Shown here piece after piece: positions 25,855-37,878 of a DNA stretch of 64,000 nt (positions are counted from its first letter, which is position 1; the number at the start of each line of letters is the position of its first letter). The DNA lies in contig CM069135.1 of assembly GCA_035221665.1 (NCBI GenBank), positions 100,316,001 to 100,380,000 of the forward strand, given 5' to 3'. The position numbers were made by a program, and so were the translations under genes. Below the pieces are notes generated by a model that saw only the letters and a program-made list of their open reading frames with translations, ran no database searches and was not told the DNA's origin. This DNA comes from Okamejei kenojei (taxonomy: Eukaryota).

Positions 25855-26296
25855 CGTGTCACCCAGGACTCACAGCAACTGGCCTGCCATCTCGTCGCCC
25901 TTCTCCTGTCACGCAGCGACCCTCTGTGACTCCAGTTTCAACACACTAGGAGCATGGAGAACCAGCTGGGAACAGACTTCGCGACCTCCTCAATTCACTG
26001 TTGCACCGAACACCACAGCCCCACCCGGCTGGGACCCGCCCCGCAAAGAGTGGGTCGCCCTGAACCAGCTCCGTACAGGGGTCGGCCGGTTCAACGCCAA
26101 CATGCATCGCTGGGGGTTGCGTTCATTATCAGCCTGCGTGTGTGGAGCAGACCAGCAAACAGCACAGCACGTCACTTCGACTGCGCTGTCCTCCATCCCC
26201 CTGGTGGAGGGGTAGACCTCATGGCCCTCGACAACAGCACATTGAACTGGCAGGGCGTTACATAACCTCTGCTGCCTCAAACGCAAGAAGAAGAAG
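25855..26296 (+). mobile_element. Ingi/Vingi-like (I-group) non-LTR retrotransposon 3' fragment
   Basis: WVALNQLRTGVGRFNANMHRWG..CVCGADQQTAQHV..C (CCHC finger) then LDNSTLNW. (GAA)n tail. Nested in a Penelope palindrome (~25757-26410). Confidence 0.65.
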
Positions 26297-27021
26297 GTGG
26301 CGTTTTGGGCTGCGACGTCGAGAAGAAGGGTCTCGACCCAAAACATCACCCATTCCTTCTCTCCAGAGATGCTGCCTGTCCCGCTAAGTTACTCCAGCAT
26401 TTTGTGTCTACAGGTACCTATGTGGGAGGTGGATGCAGGTGAGGGGATTGATTAGCAGATGAATGGAGAAAGGCTGGAGATGAAAAGGAGACAAAAGGGG
26501 TTGGGCTGGAGGATGGTCACTATGCTGTTGTCAATAATCTCAGGACGAGTGGCTGGTTGGTGACACCAGACTGCCACATTCATATACTGATTTGTGTACG
26601 GACACCAAGCCTCTGGTCCTACAAATGATACTAACGCCAGCCTGGAAAGGAGCTGGGTGGATTGTGATGGAGTGATACCAGGGAGACATTTGAATGGAGT
26701 GAAAACAATGAGGTGAGAGGTAAATTTGACTGCCCCTGGCAGTTCTGCTTCATGTTCAGTTGGGAAACTGTAATGTTTCCATTCTAGACAATTATATGGT
26801 GAACTGACAGACAATGTCCGGCAATTGTTTGGTTCGAACATGTACCCTTTAAACAGACGCTGCCATTCAATAACGTGGTCAGTGATCATGACCCTCTGGT
26901 CCAATATCCTGATCCACAAGGCCTCTGGTTCCCTTAGTTTGTAGACATCTACTAATGTCAGCCCAGAATTGCACAACAAGTTGTTCAGCATAGACAAGTT
27001 GGGATGAAAGGCCTAGAGTTA

Positions 27022-27254
27022 AGGGCCTGTCCCACTTTCACGACCTAATTCACGACCTTTCTTTACTCGTGGACATTTTTTATCATGCTAGAAAAAAACG
27101 CCCTGACCTACTTGATGCCACGAGTACCTAGTATCACGGCCTACTACAACCTACCCACGACCTCCTATGACCTTGTGACGACCATGCTGCGAGTATGATC
27201 AAGGGCAAACTCGGCAGAGGTCGTGAATTAGGTCGTGAAAGTGGGACAGGCCCT
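27022..27254. mobile_element. PIF/Harbinger-like MITE
   Basis: Long TIRs AGGGCCTGTCCCACTTTCACGACCTAATTCACGACCT / reverse complement. TTA TSD at 27019-27021 and 27255-27257. Confidence 0.85.
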
Positions 27255-29632
27255 TTACTCTATGACTGTGATTCTATAACTGATCATTTTTAGATTTAGG
27301 TTTGGGTTTAGTTTTATTATTCACGCGAGTACAGTGAAGAGCTTTGTTTTGCATGTTAACAGATCAGGTATATCATACACAAATATAATCGTCAAACTTT
27401 AGAGCAGATGGGAAGATACAGAGCGCAGAATATAATTCCCAGCATTATACTGCATTGTGGCACATCAGTTCCACAGACAGTCCAATGTCCACAATGGGGT
27501 GGAGGTGAATCGGATGGTACCCCAGCTTATGGAAGGACCGTCAGAAGCCACAACAATCTGACGTAGAGAATGCTAAAGTCCTAAAACCTGCTGTGTAAAG
27601 AAAGTAATAAAGCTTGGAGACTGTGCCCCTTCTAGATCAGCATCAATGTCAGCATTTGCTGTGAGGAAAACAATAAAATATGTCAAAGGTATGCAATCAA
27701 AATGAATAGTAATAAAGCTTGAGAAGAGTGTCTCCTAAAGCACCTGAGCGAAGGGATCCCTGAACACCATTCAAATCTGTGCAAACAAAAAAAAGTCCCA
27801 GGCTTGTAACATGTTGAGGAGCTGTGCTGTATTTTTGTTGACACCTCCTTAAACCTACATAAAAGTCGCGGCAGCATATTACACTCGACTAAACTGATGC
27901 GGTGGCGACGGCAGCCAGTTGAATGTGAGCCAAGTTTATCTGCCCCCTGGCTCTTGTTCCTATTCAGCTATTCAGCCATTGCAAAGAGAGAGAATATCTT
28001 TGTGCGTCAACGCATTCTAATTTGCAGCCAAACCAAGATGCAAATTTAATCCTTCATTGCTAACAAGGAGATTTTCAAGACAAAATCAGGACAGGTACAA
28101 TTTTCATTGTGCATTAAAGAAGTGTCAAAATCCCCTCCATAATTGTAAGAGTCCATATATATTAATGTAAAATAAAAAACAGGAACTTTTGTTTAATGTA
28201 TTATGCATGAATGGGATGTTCAATAGCCAGACATGGAACACAATTTACGTAGAGTGCAGGAAAGACCTCAATATCTAATTTTGGAACAATTATTGTTGCA
28301 GTTGTTATGAAATTTTCCCTAATTCTGGAACACAGCGATGAATGGAATAATTCACAACTTCATATATGAGGCAGATGGTATGACAGGGTCCAGTCAGAAG
28401 CAACGTTAATGACAGCAAATGCCTTTTGAATACAACCCCCTGGCATGGCGTTGAAAGCACAGGAAGACTATGAATAATTACTATGGGGTGCTAATGAGCA
28501 AGTCATAGGTTACCCCATAGCTCAATTTATCTTCCAGCAAACTCAATTCAGTAATTAACTGATTGCAGCATCTTTGAATGGCTCCATGTAGGTTCCAGGT
28601 AACAGCACTGACTAAGTCTGAGCAGGGGACAGGAGACGCATGACGTGAAGTTATCAGTCTCCCACTGATCTTTTCTACATGCTTTCATGGGTGGAGGCAG
28701 AGGTGCACCAGTCCTCTTGGCATTAACATGGAGGCCAGCAGCTTCCAAGATGATACTGCACTTGTTATCCCGGAGGGGGTTAACAATTCGCAATTATTTT
28801 CTCCCGTGTTGTATAAGGCGCAATTTAGTAAATTCACTGATCTTCATCTCCTTGGGTTTCCCACTGTTGAACGATCATCTAACCTCGATGATCATGTCAC
28901 CAGGGTTTCTTATATTCTGGTTGGTCACCTCTGGCCCCTGCCCTCACTCGCCACAAAGTTTGACGTTCAGATCATCTTCTCGCTCATAGAGAATATATTT
29001 GGTCATCGGTCCCATTCCTGGCCTGGAGATTTGCTCCCTTCTCACAAAGTATGGAATTTTGATCTCCAATCTCACCTTGCGATAACCCCATATTGGAATC
29101 TCCTCCATTCCTACACCCTCAGGCATAGAGAGCATGTGTACAAGCCTGGTACCAGAGCACCCACACAGCCAGCCAAACACAGGACTGACCAAAGTAATCC
29201 AGCCAATAAGTCGAACAGTCTCAGTCTTGTCACTAGCACTGCCAACTTCTAGAAAGCTTGCCATGCTGATCAATCATTCAACATGTGTCTTGCTGTACAT
29301 TACATCGCACGGTTCCCACTCTCAGCTGCCAAGGGTAATTTGTCAGTATCAAGCATCAGTCAGTAGCTCCCATTTTATAGATAACTGGCCCAGGTGGATT
29401 AGACATCTTTGACCTCTCCCCTCTTGCTATTCATGAGTGACTTTCACACAAGAGCTTGAGCATCACACAAGCATCTCTCATCAAGTCATTATATGTTTAA
29501 TGTTTGCTCGTTGGGAACTTTACGAACTTACTGTGCATGCTCTGGGTTCCAAAGGACACGGCAACCTTCAAGGCCCATCGCAAGCAAAATCACCGCAACA
29601 AGGCTCAGCTGAGGCAGAGTCACATATTCAGT

Positions 29633-29660
29633 CTGATGAAGGGGTTCCACCCGAAACGTC
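29633..29660 (+). ncRNA. Putative minimal hammerhead ribozyme motif (Penelope-associated)
   Basis: gt-CTGATGA-A-GGG GTTCCA CCC-GAAA-CGTC-ac. Canonical CUGAUGA/GAAA core and GUC triplet. Part of a Penelope terminal repeat at 29628-29728. Confidence 0.55.
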
Positions 29661-30911
29661 ACCCATTCCTTCTATCCAGCAATGCTGCCTGTCCCGCTGC
29701 GTTACTCCAGCATTCTGTGTCTATCTTCACCACAAATTCAACCCGGATCCACAGCTTATAACCTAAACCTGGAGTAAAGTGTTTACCTCAGAGCAGAGTG
29801 AAAGCAAACAGTCCAGGCTGTTATTTCATCGCAATTAAAACCACATAAACCAAAAAGTCATTTATACCTCTAGGAGTAGAGTGTGCAATAATAAGTCAAT
29901 AACCTGAGTCATCGTAGTCCTTTTATAATTGTGTATTTGGAATAATAACTTCAGGGCTTTAACATTTGTAATATCCATTCTGTCAGTTAGTAAATCAGCA
30001 GTTGGCTTAAATTTATTAGGGACAGACAAACACCAATTGTAATCAGCCTGAACTTTTTTGTTATTCCCATTGAGCTGTTGATTTAATAGAGTGATAAATG
30101 CAACGGTACCCATTCATCATGGTTTTACTGCAGCAGTGGATATTTTAGAACTTGGCATTGCCTTTCCAGAATAAAACTTTGAAGCACAAAATTAATTGCC
30201 CATTATTCAAGTAACTAAAGATTCAGTGTCCTAATGTTATATTTAATTTTCTGTACAGAAAGAGTATCGCAGCAAGCCCAATATTTTTAGTGTAGGAAGG
30301 AGCTGCAGATGCTGGTTTACACTGAAGACAGACACAAAATGCTGGAGTAACTCAGCTTGGGCAGCATCTCTGGAGAAAGGGAATAGATGGCGTTTTAGGT
30401 CGGAACCCTTCTTCAGGACTGGTATTTGTTGTTCCTCCTTATTTCCCATGAGTTCTTGAACTGCAGTAATCCTTTTGGCGAAGGTATTTTTTACGATACT
30501 ATTGGGTGGTGAGTTTGGGGATTTTGATCCATTATCAATGTAGGAACAACAATATATTTCTAAGTCAAGGTAACATGTGACTTTACTATCCATGTACCTC
30601 CCTCTACCATACCCTCTGGCAGCCCATTCCACATAGGAACAACACTCAGTGTGTGAAGGTTGCCCCTCAGGTCCCTTGTAAACCTCTAGTTTTAGACTGC
30701 TCTATCCTAGGGAAACGATTGTGGATATTCACCTTATATATGCCCCTCATGGTTTTATATAAAGTCACCCCTGGGCCTCTGGGAAAACGACCAAGCCTAT
30801 CCAGCTTTTCCTTATAACTCAAACCCACCAGATCTGGTAACATCCTTGTAAATCTCCTTTGTATCCTTTCCAGTTTAATAACACAATTCCTGTAGCATGA
30901 CGACTATAATT

Positions 30912-31560
30912 CAAGTTTTCAAAGGTTGAAGGTTAGTTTATAGTCACATGTGCCAATTAAGGTACAGTGAAATTTGAGTTACCATTAAAAAACAAGCAAC
31001 AAGACACACAACTACTTAAAATTAACATAAACATCCAGCACAGCGGATTCCCCACGTTCCTCACTGTGATGGAAGGCAATAAAGTCTAATCTTCTTCCCT
31101 CTTTATTCTCCTGCAGTCGGGGCAGTCGAAGCATCCACAGTCAGGGCGGTCGAAACCCCTGCATCAGGGCGTTTGAAACTCCTGCGGTTTGGAGTCCGCG
31201 ATGTTAAAGTCCCGCAGGCTCCCACAGTTGCCGCCCCAAAGATGACCCCCCTTCAGGGATCGCGAACTCCGTGATGGTTAGTCCGTAGGCTCCCATGATG
31301 GAGCTCCCGGTCGATCTCCAGCAAAGGCCGCCAACTTCAGGACGTTAGGCCGCAGTGCAGCCGGAGATATGATACAGATAAAATCGCATCTCTGTCGAGG
31401 TAAGAGATTAGAAGAATGTTCCCCAACTCCTCCCCCCCACATCAAATAAGTTAAAGAACACAAAAAAAAAAATACATTTAACACATACAAAACTGACACA
31501 AAGAAGGAAAGGACTGACAGACTGTTGGCGAGGCAGCCATTGCTGGTGCCACCCAGTGGT
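30912..31560 (-). mobile_element. Non-autonomous retroposon with Rex-like 3' tail
   Basis: Minus strand ends in a catgtgactataaactaaccttcaacctttgaa-type tail. GC-rich body. Splits an old CR1 fragment. Confidence 0.55.
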
Positions 31561-32460
31561 TAGGTACACAGTTCTCCAAGTACGGTCTTACCAATGTCTT
31601 GGATAGCTGTAACATGACATCCCAACTCCTGTACTAATAGCTGACGGATAAAGGCAAGTGTGCCAGCGACTTCTTCATCATCTTGTTTATCCGTGTCCGC
31701 ACATTCGTGGAATTATGTCGGTCCACCTCCAATATTACAACAACTTTGGTTCCAGAAAATCGGTAGTGGACCCCTGTACCTGCAGCTCTAAGTCCCTCTG
31801 TTCTAAAACATTCCTCTGGTCTCTATCATTTACTGTGTAAGTCTTGCCCTCACATTTATCTGAATTAAACTCCATCTGTCATTCCTCAGCCCGTGGCCCC
31901 AGCCAATCCAAGATCCCATTGTAATCTGAGATAACCTGCTTCACTGTCCACCATATCACCAATTTATTGTCATCAGCAAAATCGTTAATCTCAATAACGA
32001 ACAGTGGACCTAACACCGATCCCTGCAGCACACCACTTGGTACAGACCTTCAGTCTGATAAGCAACCCTCTGCCACCATCCTGCCTCTGAACCTCAGTCC
32101 AGTTTTGTACTCAGTTGGCTAGCTCGCCCATGTTACCTTGCGTTCCAAACCATCGATGATACAAATATATCTGACAGAAGCCTTGCAATTTCTTCCCAAG
32201 CTTCTCACAAGGATACACTTGATCAGGTCATGGAGATTTATCTACATTTATCTACATTTGGAAGACCTCCAGCACCTCATCATCTGTACTGTGGACTCTC
32301 TTCAAGACATCACCTGAGTTGTCCGGTCCCCACGTCTTTCTCCACGGTAAATTACAGACAAGAAAATGCATTTTTTAAGACTTTGCCAATCTTCCATGTA
32401 TAGATTACTTTGTTGATTTTCAAGAAGCCCTATTTTCTCCAAAGTTACACCTTTGCCCTT
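31560..32460 (-). mobile_element. Old degenerate CR1 ORF2 fragments (continuing ~30590-30900)
   Basis: Minus-strand remnants of GVLQGSVLGPLF, FADD, MEFNSDKCE and DLELQV motifs. Confidence 0.6.
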
Positions 32461-32909
32461 AATTTACCATGACCTGCAGGTTCAGGAACAGCTTCTTCCC
32501 AACAACATATCAGGCTATTGAACACTATAAACGGCAACTAAACTTCCAACAACTGGCTCGGTTGCACACTTGGAACTTCGGGCTTATGTTTTGTTTTGAA
32601 CTCATTTTTTTTTTTTTATCAATTGCACTTTTTGTAAATTATGTTACCTATTGAGTGCTATTCTTACAGACTACGGATGCTTACAGCTATTATGATATTG
32701 CAAGTGAGAATGCAATTTTTCTATTTTGGTACATATGACAATTAAACACTCTTCATTCTTGACTTTAGAATCTTTTTGGATTCTCCTTTACCTTGTCTGC
32801 CAAAGCAATATTATGTTTCCCAACTGATTTCCCTCTTTCCCCTTCACCCCTATACTCCTCAGGGGAGTTACTTGATCCCAGCTTCCTGTACCTAATATAT
32901 GCTTCCTCG

Positions 32910-33142
32910 TGTAGCAAAGAACTGCAGATGCTGCCTGTCCCGCTGAGTAAGTCAGCGGGACAGGCAGCATCTCTGGAGTGAAGGAATGGATGACGTTTCG
33001 GGTCAAGACCAGTCTGAAGAAGGGACTCAACCCGAAATGTCACCCATTCCTTCTCTCCAGAGATGCTGCCTGTCCCGCTGAGTTACTCCAGCATTTTGTG
33101 TCTATCTTCGGTTTAAACCAGCATCTGCAGTTCCTTCTTACA
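32910..33142. mobile_element. Palindromic Penelope-derived mini-element
   Basis: Inverted arms; CTGAAGAAGGGACTCAACCCGAAATGTC. Confidence 0.75.
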
Positions 33143-33614
33143 CAAAGTTCATGCATAAACAGTAAAGAAAAAGGATAGTTCTGATCATCGCCAAAGCAGA
33201 GATGCAATGATGTATATTAATCTCTACTTAATTTCAAGATTTGTTTTGCCGGTTTTTCCAACCATTTAAGAACCATTATCCTTCCTTTTCCATGCTTTGG
33301 ATACCAAATAACCCATTGTTGCTGGCAGGGAGATCTAAGACCACTCCATGGAGCCGTGCCCTGGCCCTCTGCGTAAGTGTTTGAGTGCCAGGACAGAGAG
33401 GTGTTTCTATTCCCCCTACTCCCAATGGCAAGATACCAGCTGTGCACAGCATCTCCACACCACAGCACGCCAGAATCACTTTCTTCCATGCAAATCCAAG
33501 GATCCAACATTCACTCAAGTTTTATAATTCTGTGTAGAAAAACATTCAGGGCTTCTGACAGCCCAGAAGGTGCTCCACCTAGCCAACACACACCACTCAC
33601 AATTTCCTAATAAA

Positions 33615-34055
33615 AGGGAACTGCAGATGCTGCTTTGTACCAATGATAGACACAAAGTGCTAGAGTAACTCAGCAGGTCAGGCAGCATCTCTCGAGCAAC
33701 TGCACGGGTGACGTTTCTGGTTGGGACCCTTCATCAGATTGATTGTAGTCGGGGGAGCGGGGAGAAGAAGAGGAAGTGAAAAGAGCCAAGATGAATCACA
33801 GCCCGCAACAGATGACCTCAGGGTGATGGAGGTGTCCCCTGATAGACGGATTGTTGGACAAAATCTGCCGAGCAGGGAACCACCTCACCTGACGTCATCT
33901 GTTGCCGGCCGTGATTTGTCCTGTTGCCTCGGTTTTTTTCTGCGGTCCCCCTACTACAATCAGTCTGAAGAAGGGCCCCCACCCGGAATGTCACCTATCC
34001 ATGATCTCCAGAGATGCTGCCCGGCCCGCCGAGTTACTGCCGGCACTTTGTGTCT
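33615..34055. mobile_element. Penelope relic with inverted terminal repeats
   Basis: Minus-strand CTGATGAAGGGTCCCAACCAGAAACGTC at ~33710-33738 and a plus-strand copy at ~33965-33992. Confidence 0.7.
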
Positions 34056-35237
34056 GTCGCTCACAATTTTCTCACTTTTTCTCTTTTCTAAAACCAATCA
34101 TTTCCCCCCCCCAAATACCAAATCTTCCAGACTCTCAGCTATCCTGTGTCCTGTCTCAAATCGATGTATAAGGTCCTGTGAATTTACCTCGAAGAATGCT
34201 TTTGGATAGGATCATGGATGTGTAGGAACTGGAGGGATCTGTGTCACATGTAGGCAGAGCAGATTAGTTTAACTCGATATCAGGTTCAGCACCGATATTA
34301 AGGGCCAAAGGGCCCGCTCCTATGCTGTATTAATTTATGTTCTATGTTCTTACAGCAGAAGAATTGCCAGCTGGTGTTCAATTCACTATTAGTCATGAAC
34401 CAAAGGCATGGAAACAGATAATTTGATGATCGTATTACTGCTGTTTGTAAGAGCTCAGTATGTGCAAGTTGGTTATTACATTTGCTATGTTGACCTATCC
34501 ATGTTCTCCAGGGATGCTGTCTGACCTGCTGAGTTACTCCAGCACTTTGTGCCTTTTTTTTGTAAACCATCAGGTGCCCAGTTTCCACACCTTAAAATTG
34601 CTTGACTGCAGAGGGCTGAGAAGCGTGGAACTATAGAAATGCAAAATATTTGTCTTCCTTTATTCCTCTCATGTGAAACGACATGGAGAAATATTAGAAG
34701 TCCGCTCCATCCTCGACCAACACCCACAGCGAGTGTGTGAGATCATGAGATATTGATCAAGAATCCCCGGGGAATTGTCTGCCACTTCGCCAGGCCCAAT
34801 TATCACATTTCCACTGACACAAGTAAACCTTTCTGTACAGTGCCTGGCATTGAAATGAAGGTTCCTCTTCATTTGTATTACTAAGATGCAAAGGGCAGCA
34901 CATCTAGCCAACATACTTTTAATAAAAGGCACTTCTCATTAAAACAAAGACAGCTGCAGAAGATGATTTTCAAGTAGGCATTTTGTTACTGCTCTGCCTT
35001 GTCCCATGTATGTGCTCCGTGGTCTTCTATGACACCCAGTGGTTGAATGCAGTATGGCAGTCTAAATCGTTTTAGTTCAGAAGCAGAGTCTATCAACTGG
35101 GATTTGAGTCCGATTGGTGACTTCCCGACCCGAAAAGTCACCTATCCATGTTCTCCAGAGATGCTGCCAGGCCGGGCACTTTGCGCCCTTTTTTATAAAT
35201 CGATAACTGTAGGGGCGGCACTGTGGTGCATGAAGGG

Positions 35238-35860
35238 GCAGCAAGGTGGCGCAGCAGTAGAGTTGTTGCCTAACAGCGGCAGCGACCTGGGTTCAATCTT
35301 GACTCTGGGTGCTCCCTGTGTGGACTTTGTACGTTCTCCCCGTGACCACGTGAGTTTTCCCCCCGTGCCCCGCTTTCCTCCCACACTCCAAAGGTGCACA
35401 GGTTTGTAGGTCAATTGTTTAGTTTAGTTTAGTTTAGTTTAGTTTAGAGATACAATGAGGAAACAGGTCCTTCGGCCCACCGTGGCTGTGTCGACCAGCG
35501 ATCCCTGCACATTCACACTAGCCACCACATTAGAAACAATTTACATTTATACCTAAACAAATAACCTACAAACCAGTACGTCTTGGGAGTGTGGGAGGAA
35601 ATCGAAGATTGCGGAGACCACCCACACGGTCACGGGGAGAACGTACGAACTCCGTACAGACAGCACCCGTAATCGGGATTGAACCTGGGTCTCTGGCGGT
35701 GTAAGGCAGCAACTCTACTTGCCGCCCTGTAATTGGCTTTGGTAAAAATTGTGAATTGTTTCTGGTGTGAGGGATAGGGTTGGTGTATGGAGATTGCTGG
35801 TCAGCGTGGATTCAGTGGGCTGAAGTTCCTGTTTCCGCACTGTATCTCATAACTAAACTA
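35238..35860 (+). mobile_element. HE1-like SINE interrupted by an opposite-strand SINE
   Basis: Head and core run to ggtttgtaggtcaattg (~35416) and resume at taattggctttggtaaaa (~35730). Confidence 0.8.
35417..35728 (-). mobile_element. HE1-like SINE nested in a SINE
   Basis: (TTTAG)n tail then reverse-complement consensus. Confidence 0.85.
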
Positions 35861-36191
35861 AATGTTCCTTGTTTCTATATTATTAACATCCAGTTCATGG
35901 TTCAGCTTGATACCCTGAAAATCCAGTTCATTGCTGGTCAGCTTGATACCCTGAAAATCCCAATTTGGCATCTGCACATCCGAAGGGCAAATTACACTGG
36001 ATGCCAGAGTGATGCACTTGTTAGAAAGTGTGGTGGTGGAGGCAGATATACGATAGTGGCATTTAAGAGGCTTTTGGGTGCGCAATGGATATGCAGGGCA
36101 TGGATGGTTATGGATCACATGCTGGCAGATAAGAGTTGATTGTGGCATCATGTTCGGCACAGACATTGTGGGCCGAAGGGCCTGATCCTCT

Positions 36192-36481
36192 GTTTAGAGA
36201 TACAGCGTGGAAAAAGGCCCTTTGGCTGCGCCGACCGGCGATCACCCCGTACACTAGCACTATCCTGCACACTAGCGACAGTTTACAATATTACCAGAGG
36301 CAATTAATCTACAAACCTGCACATCTTTGGGGTGTGTGAGGAAACCGGAGCACTCAGAGAAAATCCATGCAGTCACGGGGAGAACGTACGAACTCCGTAC
36401 AGACAGCTCCTGTAGTCAGGATCGAACCTGGGACTTTGGCGCTGTGAGGCAGCAACTCTACCACTGCACTAATGTGCCGCC
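36192..36481 (-). mobile_element. HE1-like SINE
   Basis: Reverse-complement match to the SINE consensus. Confidence 0.8.
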
Positions 36482-36831
36482 CAATTTGCAGCTGTTTTGT
36501 GGAATTAAGAATCATTCAGAATACATATTAGCCAGACGATATTGTTAAACAGTGAGACTTGGTATCAGCATTGATATTTTTGTGATGATTAATTCCCTCT
36601 CTTAACCTCACAGGGGTGGACAAGCTGCAGGAAGCTGCTTTAAAGAGAATATTAACTGTTGATGAGTGGTTTCTGATAACTGTTGCTAGTTTCTATTAAT
36701 GATTGGTGCTTCTAGTCCATCTTTCAGCTACAGAGAGTGATGCACTCGTTTCTAAAGGACATGTTTACAGATATCAAGGTTTCTGCAGTACGCTTTTACT
36801 GAAAACTTAACATTGACCTCGTGAGGCACAA

Positions 36832-37070
36832 GGCGGCACGGTGGTGCAGCGGTAGAGTTGCTGCCTTTCAGCGCCAGAGACCCGGGTTCTATCCTGACTA
36901 TGGGTGCTGCCTGAATGAAGTGTGTACCTTCAGGCTTCTAGATTACTTGACCAGTGCATTGTCCCTAGTGTGTAGGATAGCACTCGTGTCGCAGTGATCG
37001 CAGGCAGGTGCCTTGGGCCCGTTGGGTCTCGTTGGGCCTTGGGCCCGTTTCTAAGCTGTATCTCTAAAGT
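36832..37070 (+). mobile_element. HE1-like SINE with internal deletion
   Basis: Intact tRNA-like head ggcggcacggtggtgcagcggtagagttgctgcc...; tail present. Confidence 0.75.
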
Positions 37071-37189
37071 AAAATCAAAAAGTAGGTAAAAGTAGGTCTC
37101 ACAGCACAAGAGCTGATCTGCCGAGGCTTCTCCTAACTGAACACCACTGTGGAAACAGGAGAGAGCTATGTACGCTTTGTTTTGTTTAC

Positions 37190-37468
37190 TTTAGTTTAGT
37201 TTAGTTTAGTTTAGTTTAGTTTAGTTTAGTTTAGAGATACAGAGCGAAAACAAGGCCTTTGGCCCACCGAGACTGCTCCAATCAGCGATCCCCGCACATT
37301 AACACTATCCTACACATAGTAGGGACAATTTACAATTTACCAAAGCCAATTAACCTACAATCCGGCACATCTTTGGAGTGTGGGAGGAAACCGGCGAACA
37401 CCAGAGAAAACCCACACGGTCACAGAGAGAACGTGCAAACTCTGTACTGACAGCACCCGTAGTCAGGA
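37190..37468 (-). mobile_element. HE1-like SINE, head truncated
   Basis: (TTTAG)n tail and core. Confidence 0.8.
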
Positions 37469-37469
37469 G

Positions 37470-37620
37470 CAAACCCATTTACTACCTTCAACACCATTAC
37501 ACCATCCAAGCTTGTTATCACCAAACTCGTGCGACTTGGAGTCAGCACTCATCTCTGCAACTGAATCCTTGACTTCCTGACTAATAGACCCCACTCAATG
37601 AGGATAGGGGACAGATCATT
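37470..37620 (+). mobile_element. Rex/Babar RT fragment, part 1 (DIRS target)
   Basis: ITKLVRLGVSTHLCN*ILDFLTNRPHSMRIGDRS, continuing after the DIRS. Confidence 0.8.
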
Positions 37621-37647
37621 TTACTTCGGAGTCACGTGAGTGACTTT

Positions 37648-37674
37648 GTGAAGACCCCGCCAGCACGCATGCGC
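37648..37674 (+). repeat. DIRS left ITR (27 bp)
   Basis: GTGAAGACCCCGCCAGCACGCATGCGC is the reverse complement of 42241-42267 with 2 mismatches. Confidence 0.85.
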
Positions 37675-37878
37675 GACATATCGTCGCTCGCATTGCAACC
37701 GACAGGCTGGGAGGAGCGCAGCTCCTCTACTTGCAACTTTAAAAAAGACCCTCCAGGTAAGTTTTACTAACCTTGAGTTGGTTTGGCGCTCTGTGTTTAT
37801 CTTCTATTACAGAGCACGCAGAGCCGATTATGAAGGGAGAAAAGGGCTGCTTCCAGGCACGCCACGGAGGGCCGCGGG

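Noticed and set aside
26452-26997. 181-aa minus-strand ORF
   Set aside because: Non-ATG start, both ends overlap repeat fragments, and no motif recognised.
33329-33372. Possible 44-nt micro-exon (CAG...GC|GTAAGT)
   Set aside because: Weak acceptor, length not a multiple of three, and no recognisable peptide.
35888-35960. 33/36-bp local tandem duplication
   Set aside because: A two-copy slippage product with no sign of function.
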